Origin: an uncultured Nitrospiraceae bacterium
Lineage (GTDB): Bacteria; Nitrospirota; Thermodesulfovibrionia; Thermodesulfovibrionales; Dissulfurispiraceae
Assembly (NCBI GenBank): GCA_963727805.1
Contig: CAVSHF010000003.1
Location: forward strand, 1,600,001 to 1,664,000
Direction of reading: 5' to 3'
DNA: 64,000 nt
The position numbers were made by a program, and so were the translations under genes. Shown here piece after piece: positions 57,778 to 64,000 of the stretch; the stretch's first letter is position 1; every line of letters starts with the position of its first letter. The notes under the pieces are model-generated. The model searched no databases and was not told where the DNA came from. It worked only from the letters and a program-made list of their open reading frames with translations.

Positions 57778-58395
57778 ATGCACCATTTCTTATATACATT
57801 TTTCATTGCTTTAACAAACAACTTTGATAATATCGGAGTCCGGATAGCGTACAGCATCCGAGGAATAAGGATATCCACTCTGATAAATCTGTGGATATCT
57901 GTAATAACCTTTGTCATTTCTTTTTTTGCTGCATTATCGGGGACAATAATATCGAGATTTCTGAGTCAGAAACTCTCGTCGCTGCTAGCGATGTTGATAC
58001 TCACTGCTGTCGGATTGTGGATGATATTAGAGCCTTACATAAAAAGAAACAATATTTGTAATGATGAATCTGACCAGACTAGCAAGAGCGGTGCCTGCCA
58101 CGTTATCCTGAATCCCCAACATGCTGATATGGATAATTCAAAACATATCGATTTCAAAGAAGCGACTCTGCTTGGCATTGCGCTGTCGATAAATAATGTT
58201 GGAGGAGGGTTGAGCGCCGGGATGATCGGCCTAAACTCTTTTTGGGTGGGATTCTTGTCTGCAGTACTGAGTTTTCTAGCCCTGTGGGCGGGAAACTACG
58301 TTGCAGAATTATTTATAAAATGGAACATAGCAAAGAGAGCCGCAGTCGTAGCCGGTCTGTTATTAATCGCTATCGGTATAGAACAAATCATTTAA
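57778..58395 (+). CDS. YtaF/MntP-family membrane protein
   Basis: ALTNNFDNIGV, ADMDNSKHIDFKEATLLGIALSINN.GGG, 6 TM segments. Confidence 0.85.
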   Translation: MHHFLYTFFIALTNNFDNIGVRIAYSIRGIRISTLINLWISVITFVISFFAALSGTIISRFLSQKLSSLLAMLILTAVGLWMILEPYIKRNNICNDESDQTSKSGACHVILNPQHADMDNSKHIDFKEATLLGIALSINNVGGGLSAGMIGLNSFWVGFLSAVLSFLALWAGNYVAELFIKWNIAKRAAVVAGLLLIAIGIEQII

Positions 58396-58658
58396 TCAGC
58401 TCTGGCATGTTCATTCGACTCTGCATAAAAAAGTTATTGAGCTGCAGGAGGTCTCGACATATTGCTAGGTGATGGCAGGCTGAGCTGTGGATTGAAGGAG
58501 ATATTCGAAGTTTATATCGCGTCCGGATTGGCAAATATGTTCAGGTCTCCTCTGGCTTCCAGTATATTGAAAATCCCGGATATGACCATGACAGGGGCCT
58601 GTTGCGGGATATACTGTCCGCTTGCGCATGAGTTATTGATGAGAAGGGAGAACGTCCA

Positions 58659-58841
58659 ATGAATATTTTCACACGGCTCTATTACGGGTATCGTAAAATA
58701 TGGAAGGCGATCATGCTCTATTTCATGATTGCAGGCCCTGGCATTGTCGTGATGGTGGCGGATAATGACGCGGGGAAAATTACCACTTATGCGGCCACAG
58801 GCGCCAAATACGGCTACAATCCTCACCTGCATATTCTATAA
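58659..58841 (+). pseudogene. Nramp-family divalent metal transporter, truncated N-terminus
   Basis: AGPGIVVMVADNDAGKITTYAATGAKYGY, then premature stop and AT-rich junction. Confidence 0.75.
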
Positions 58842-59010
58842 TTTTACAAAATAAAATAATCTTGGTGTCCACTGAATCGAGGGACTTTTACCGCCACTCT
58901 TGATGCGAGGTAAGTAATGTCGATAATACCCAATAATCGCTAGGGGGGTACGATATACTGAGTTATACTTTATCTATGAATTATAGCCAACAACGCACAG
59001 GGAGGCGGTC

Positions 59011-59613
59011 ATGAAGAACGAGGAAATCAAAAAGGAAAGCGTTAAAGCAGATGTGGGTAAGGCTGGATCCTCTGTTAAAGCGGGCATTATCAATAGTCTG
59101 AAAGGCATCAATGAGATTGAGGCTGAGATCGTCAGTCTCGTTAGGGATACCGTCTCCAATGCCATTCGGGCCACAGGGTCTGTTGCCAACGATAGCATCG
59201 AGATTACCAAGGATGTTGTAAAAGGCTCTCTCCAAGCTACCGAGGAAGTCGGCACCGGTCTTATCCTCAGCACCAAGAATGTGGCCAAGGGTATAGTCAT
59301 GGGAGTGAGCGACGTCGGCGGTGATGCAGTCAAAGTTGCTTCCCAGACGGTTAAAAGTGCTGTCAAGGGTGCCGCTGAGATAGGTGCGGACGTTGGCCTT
59401 GTTGCCCGAAGGGCTGTGGATGGCGTCATCGAAGCGGCCAAGGAGATAGGTAGTAACGTAGATGATGTGGCAAAGAGTGCTGTCAGCGGAGCAATCGATG
59501 CGGCGGAGACTATAGGCAATACTGCTGTCAAAGCTGTTAAGGAAATGCTTGTCGGCGTGGTAGAGGGCGTCAAAGAAGTCGCTTCTGCCGCCTTGCCAAA
59601 GAATAAGACGTAG
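59011..59613 (+). CDS. 22-aa-repeat amphipathic helical protein, paralogue of 39692-40363
   Basis: GGGAGG RBS; long identical blocks such as SLKGINEIEAEIVSLVR and ATEEVGTGLILSTKNVAKG. Confidence 0.85.
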   Translation: MKNEEIKKESVKADVGKAGSSVKAGIINSLKGINEIEAEIVSLVRDTVSNAIRATGSVANDSIEITKDVVKGSLQATEEVGTGLILSTKNVAKGIVMGVSDVGGDAVKVASQTVKSAVKGAAEIGADVGLVARRAVDGVIEAAKEIGSNVDDVAKSAVSGAIDAAETIGNTAVKAVKEMLVGVVEGVKEVASAALPKNKT

Positions 59614-59891
59614 TCGATACGCCTGAAAAATATACAGGAGTTTGGTATCTCATAGCGGAATGCGACAATGAGAACATCGCAATGAGCTTAGGCTCATCTA
59701 TTCAACCAGTCCGAGCTCTTAAATGAGTGCAGAGTGAGCCTGTAGAAAAATGGCACATTTCTGTAAAGTTAGCCTTACCATCATTAATGTTATCGTGGGC
59801 GAGGTATTGCGCCCGCTCCTCACGAGGGGATTCGATATAGCCAATTAGAGGGATAGAACTTTGCAGAAATGTTTCTTAGAGGGAGAAAGAT

Positions 59892-60104
59892 ATGTGCTCG
59901 GGAAAAAACAGTGTCAATCCGATGATGTGCCCGCATCTGAGGGGAAGCAATAGCGGGGCTATTTGTGATGTCGTTAAGGATTATGTTCGGGACATCACCA
60001 ATGTCGAGATTAAGTTCTGCATGAGCAAATACTTCGAGATATGCCATGTGTACCGCTATGCTATAAAGCGGGCAAATATTTGTCGTCAGCAGCTCTCATT
60101 CTGA
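59892..60104 (+). CDS. Small Cys-rich protein (paralogue of 62848-63063)
   Basis: MCP.L.GS..GA.C....D.VR.I.N..IKFCMS...EICHVY shared with the paralogue. Confidence 0.7.
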   Translation: MCSGKNSVNPMMCPHLRGSNSGAICDVVKDYVRDITNVEIKFCMSKYFEICHVYRYAIKRANICRQQLSF

Positions 60105-60185
60105 TAGGATATCATTGCTCTTTGAAGATAGGAGTGCGTGCAGGCCGCATCAATTTACTTTCTCAAGAGTCTTTAATTGAGTAGT

Positions 60186-60998
60186 CTATCGCACGTGGCT
60201 ATCGATCCATGCTGCGACAGCACGGTAATCCGAAGCGCCATGGGAGGAGGATGCAAAAGTTATGATCGGCCTGCCGTGTGCAGGAGCCTCGGCAAGGGCG
60301 GCGTTTTCGCGCACCAACGGTGCTATCAGACCGGGATAAGCATTCTCAAGCTGTAACATGATATCGCCATGTATACGCCTGCGGATGTGAGTACGGCAGG
60401 GAATGATAGCTTGCAGCTTGAGGTGGCGGTCTCGATGCTCTCTGGCGATCTCATCGATTGTTGCGGTCATCTGGTGTAACCCAGCTACGGAAAGACGAGT
60501 AGCCTCCACCGGTATCAACACACCATTGCTCGCATGCAAAGCCGCAACGGTAAGCACACCCATGCTGGGTGGACAATCTACGATAATCCAATCCCATGAG
60601 CCATCAGTATAGCGGAGACATTGCCAGAGAATCTCTTTGCCTAGAGCGCCGGCAAAACGCTGCCAGGCTCCTATAAGGAGGGGGCCAGACGGCACAAGGT
60701 CCACCCCGGTAATCATCGTTGCCTGAATCGGCAGGGGTATCGTTTTTTGCAAAGCTTGAAAAAGCCGTTCACCGTCATCCTCAAAACCTAAAGCGAGACT
60801 GGCGCTACCCTGAGGATCGAGATCAATAACTAATACGCTGTAACCCCGTTCCCCCAGGCATGCAGCCAAGTTGACAGCCGTGGTTGTTTTGCCAACACCG
60901 CCTTTATGGTTAACGACTGATAGTAAGTAGCGCTTTGGTCGAACCTGGATATCTTTCATCATAAGTAGATTATACACCATGGGTTTCTTGTCTCTCAA
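60186..60998 (-). CDS. ParA/Soj family ATPase (orphan, no parB)
   Basis: NHKGGVGKTTTAVNLAA, IDLDPQGS, VDCPPSMG, EAPAHG; exact start uncertain. Confidence 0.9.
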   Translation of the reverse strand: MRDKKPMVYNLLMMKDIQVRPKRYLLSVVNHKGGVGKTTTAVNLAACLGERGYSVLVIDLDPQGSASLALGFEDDGERLFQALQKTIPLPIQATMITGVDLVPSGPLLIGAWQRFAGALGKEILWQCLRYTDGSWDWIIVDCPPSMGVLTVAALHASNGVLIPVEATRLSVAGLHQMTATIDEIAREHRDRHLKLQAIIPCRTHIRRRIHGDIMLQLENAYPGLIAPLVRENAALAEAPAHGRPIITFASSSHGASDYRAVAAWIDSHVR

Positions 60999-61631
60999 TC
61001 GAAGGTGTATCTCGTTACCAGCTTCAGTGTAAAGGGCCCCCTGACATTAGTGGGTGCAAGTTCCCTTTCTTGTGAAGGTCATCAATATAAGGTGGGGCTT
61101 AGGCAATACATCACACAAGGAAGTCATAGTAGCCACACCTATCGTGAAAGATAAAAATGATCATACGTGGGGAAGAATAACACAGGGCAAGCGAGAGATC
61201 CTTCCTACATACATTTCAGGAGTTACTTTTCCCCTGTCTGAATCTCGCTCCCTCAGTTCGACATATAATGTTGAATCAAAGCTGCTTTAGAAATGCTCGT
61301 CTTTTATTCGGTAATAGCTATCTCGAAAAAACCTCTTAAAATCTCTTATTGCAGAAGAGAAACAGCCTTTGAATGGCTCATATCGTCACGCATCCCTGGA
61401 TAAAAAAAAGAATCTTTAACATGAACTTAATATGTCTCTAATAATCTTTCAATATGGCGTAGTGTATAGTCAAAGTGAGATTATTTGCGAGCTGCGGTGA
61501 ACGAAGCAATCGTTTTCATTCAGATTTTATATATACGTTTCCGTACGAAGAATATGGAGTCTGTATTATAAGTGACAAAATTGAGTGCTCGGTTGACTTC
61601 AAAATAATTTCCCATTATCGAAAGGAGCATC

Positions 61632-62075
61632 GTGACCCCAGGGACTCATCTTGACATTATCGCTCATACAATCCAGCTTTCTCTCGCACCCATATTTGTT
61701 CTCGTTGCCTGTGGCACAATTCTTTCTGTTCTGATCAACAGGCTTGGGCGCGTAGTTGATCGTGCTCGCCTTCTGGAAGGCCGGCTGGCTGCCCATCATG
61801 AAGAGGAAGAAAATACCAAACTACAAATAGAACTCGACTCGCATTTCCTTCGTGCTCGACTAACTTACTTTGCTATCACCTTAAGCATTGTTTGCGCTCT
61901 TGCAATCTGCCTAGTGGTCGCCTTTATGTTTATTGGAACATTCATGTCGAAGGATTTTACAACAATCATCGTATTGCTCTTTGTGGGTGCGATGATTGCT
62001 TTTATTGGAGCACTTCTGACCTTTCTGCGGGAAATCTTCATCGCTGTGACATCGCTTAGAATTGGCAACAGTTAG
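61632..62075 (+). CDS. DUF2721-like membrane protein
   Basis: AAGGAG RBS; IQLSLAPIFVL...NRLGRVVDRAR...FLREI. Confidence 0.8.
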   Translation: MTPGTHLDIIAHTIQLSLAPIFVLVACGTILSVLINRLGRVVDRARLLEGRLAAHHEEEENTKLQIELDSHFLRARLTYFAITLSIVCALAICLVVAFMFIGTFMSKDFTTIIVLLFVGAMIAFIGALLTFLREIFIAVTSLRIGNS

Positions 62076-62764
62076 TAATGATCGCTCAACTGTATGGCAT
62101 GCTGTTTCTGCATTCATTTCAAAAGCACTAATAGAGCCATTAGAATGGAAAATTAAATGTTGTGGTTATATCGGGATAGAGGGCCCCTCATTTGAATTCC
62201 ATCATTGTCGACTGAAGATTTGACGCGCATTACCATTGGAATTCTGTAGAATCGGGTCAGAGACGCCGTGCCATTATTGTCGTCAGTCTTCTCCTATCTA
62301 CTTCGCGGTAGGGACGTTCGTTACCAGCACCCCAAAATAGTTGAGACGACCTCGCACGACCGAGCGGTGCCATTTACCCTGAACAGTTAACATTTCGTGC
62401 CTCATGCGCATGATCTTTCCCCTCACCTCTTTGAGTTTTACCCGCTTGCGTTTGATGATTGTCTTGCGGCGAATTTTGAAACTAGCCGGTAGGATAAGGT
62501 GTCAACAGTTCAGATAAGCGCAGTATCTTGCTGATTTCCTGACAATATTTACACAATATGTAGTGTATCAACACCCTAAGCAGCCGGCTAGATTGTAACC
62601 CGACCTTCGTTCCTTCCGTCTTACTTACATAAAGCTTCCGACTTCGATAAGTCGGATCTTTTCACTATCTATTACCAGCATATGAGCCAGTCCGCAAATT
62701 CAGGAGCAGCTTTATATCCCGGCATACCGAACAGGGTACGAAGCTGCTCTAACAATTCACGTTT

Positions 62765-62820
62765 TGTAATGATATTGTAACATTCCTGTAACATTGCCGT
62801 AACTTGCGATGTGGTGTAAT
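62765..62820 (+). promoter_or_regulatory. Pho-box array
   Basis: TGTAAT 62765, TGTAAC 62776, TGTAAC 62787, CGTAAC 62798. Confidence 0.8.
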
Positions 62821-62847
62821 TCATTATTAAGTTTATGGAGGCAAGTT

Positions 62848-63063
62848 ATGTATTTTGACATGAAACTCACCAAAACGGTCATGTGCCCTTATTTAAAGGG
62901 AAGCGATCATGGGGCCGAATGCGCTGTTGCCATGGACCTCGTACGTAATATCGAAAATGCTGATATAAAGTTCTGCATGAGCAGGCACTATGAGATATGT
63001 CACGTCTACTTTACATCATTAAGACGTGAAAATAGTCTTCGGTCACAGCTGCAAGCGTATTGA
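62848..63063 (+). CDS. Small Cys-rich protein
   Basis: GGAGG RBS before ATG 62848; four conserved Cys shared with 59892-60104. Confidence 0.7.
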   Translation: MYFDMKLTKTVMCPYLKGSDHGAECAVAMDLVRNIENADIKFCMSRHYEICHVYFTSLRRENSLRSQLQAY

Positions 63064-63118
63064 TGTAACGCAATTGTAACGCTGCCTTCATACTGAAGTA
63101 ATCAATATTTGTTTTAAT
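63064..63118 (+). promoter_or_regulatory. Pho-box array and -10, homologous to 45818-45883
   Basis: TGTAAC-5-TGTAAC-5-CTTCAT-5-AGTAAT-10-TTTAAT-7-ATG. Confidence 0.8.
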
Positions 63119-63125
63119 AAACATC

Positions 63126-63437
63126 ATGGAGACAGCCATACCAAAGGTCGTTCAGTCCGAATTGCTATGCCCTGATTGCACTTCCCCTGCCCTGTACAAA
63201 TACGGAAAGATTAAAGGCGGCAAGCAGCGATTTATCTGCCTCATGTGCGGTAGGCAGTTCACACCGGAGGCAAGCCGAAAAGAGGTCAGAAACAAGCCTG
63301 ACTGTCATATCTGCGGAGGACCAATGCACCTGTATAAGAGGAACGCTGCATGGGTAATATTCAGGTGCTCGAATTATCCTCTCTGCAAAACGTATACGAA
63401 AAAGCCGGCAGATCATGAAATGCCCTCATCTCATTAA
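63126..63437 (+). CDS. Double zinc-ribbon protein (InsA-like), paralogue of 45512-45811
   Basis: CPDC...YKYG...GKQRFICLMCGRQF; CHIC...FRCSNYPLCKTY. Confidence 0.75.
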   Translation: METAIPKVVQSELLCPDCTSPALYKYGKIKGGKQRFICLMCGRQFTPEASRKEVRNKPDCHICGGPMHLYKRNAAWVIFRCSNYPLCKTYTKKPADHEMPSSH

Positions 63438-63621
63438 TTGGCGTCTGACGGTTTGCAAGGCATGCGAAAAGCCTTATACCCCGACATCCTTTCAGATCAG
63501 GGAATATTGTAAAAGTTTTCTTCACCGGAGATGCCCCTTTTATCTGAACATCATGGAAAGGCACAAAGATAAGATCTATTGTTAGATTCAGTCGGCATTG
63601 CTTTGTTCCAGCCAGTCACTC

Positions 63622-63676
63622 TGTAACATGATTGTAACATCAGCGTAATACGCCCTTAACTGTGAGGTTTTATAAT
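63622..63676 (+). promoter_or_regulatory. Pho-box array and -10 (distal pstS promoter)
   Basis: TGTAAC 63622, TGTAAC 63633, CGTAAT 63644, CTTAAC 63655; 10 nt; TATAAT 63671. Confidence 0.85.
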
Positions 63677-63730
63677 TAATTACTTGCATCACGAAAGAGA
63701 TGAGATTCCACTAATACGGGGAGGTGACAT

Positions 63731-63783
63731 TTTAACTCAAATGTAATAGTTTTGTAACATGGCTGTAACATTTTATGTATACT
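63731..63783 (+). promoter_or_regulatory. Pho-box array (proximal pstS promoter)
   Basis: TTTAAC 63731, TGTAAT 63742, TGTAAC 63753, TGTAAC 63764. Confidence 0.85.
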
Positions 63784-63810
63784 CTAAGTTAAGACTTAAG
63801 GAGGAAATTA

Positions 63811-64000
63811 ATGAAAACAATCTTCAAGTTAGCAGCGATAAGTATCTTGATCCTGTGTTCCGCTACTGTATGGGCAGTCGAAACTCTAAACGGCGCGGGG
63901 GCTTCATTTCCCTATCCTGTATATTCTGCATGGTCCTTTGAATACAATAAGGCCACTGGAGTCCAGCTCAACTACCAGTCAATCGGGTCCGGTGGAGGTA
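63811..64000 (+). CDS. pstS: Phosphate ABC transporter substrate-binding protein, 5' part (runs off window)
   Basis: [73 protein letters not shown]. Confidence 0.93.
   Translation, partial: MKTIFKLAAISILILCSATVWAVETLNGAGASFPYPVYSAWSFEYNKATGVQLNYQSIGSGGG

Noticed and set aside
58974..59573. 199-aa Thr/Ser/Pro-rich minus ORF (and similar ORFs at 39445-39900 and 39913-40338)
   Set aside because: Antisense shadows of the 22-mer-repeat genes, which have clear RBSs.
60186..60998. Plasmid or prophage partition locus
   Set aside because: No parB, rep, integrase or phage genes nearby; treated as an orphan ParA.
62306..62400. Group II intron 3' end (minus strand ...GGTAACGAACGTCCCTACCG)
   Set aside because: Only a domain-VI-like fragment; no intact domain V or RT ORF, too weak to call.
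62765..63770. Short TGTAAC repeats as CRISPR or tandem repeat
   Set aside because: Hexamers with 5-nt spacers at helical-turn period are operator arrays; there are no CRISPR-length repeats or cas genes.

Overview
Bacterial DNA, probably an anaerobic deltaproteobacterium (Desulfobacterota-like; inferred from gene content only). The window reads as one large phosphate-starvation (Pho) island. At least 15 arrays of TGTAAC/TGTCAT-like hexamers with 11-bp period sit upstream of operons, most followed by a -10 element 10-11 nt later. The window includes a Tat-exported alkaline phosphatase and ends in the 5' part of pstS. From left to right: (1) a TonB/ExbD/DUF2341-ExbB + 3.7-kaa TPS exoprotein + ShlB/FhaC + PPIase + PstS-fold + PEP-CTERM module. 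It is headed by two DUF2292/YezD-like microproteins, three copies of a conserved terminator/antiterminator-like RNA element and a c-di-GMP-I-type riboswitch. (2) An STT3-like transferase between ~300-bp direct repeats. (3) An EAL-CBS-GGDEF gene hit by an IS5-family element. (4) An 8-gene NeuB/SpsF/transketolase/aminotransferase ulosonic-acid-type operon. (5) A ferrosome-like set of GxxxG/HMA-like proteins with a Ca-type P-ATPase, a 22-mer-repeat helical protein and a MetK paralogue lacking the methionine-binding residues. (6) A PHP-glycosyltransferase fusion with a radical SAM gene. (7) DksA-DUF3047-PhoA, plus duplicated Zn-ribbon and Cys-rich microproteins. No rRNA, tRNA or CRISPR array was seen. 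All family calls come from motif recognition by eye, not from database searches.
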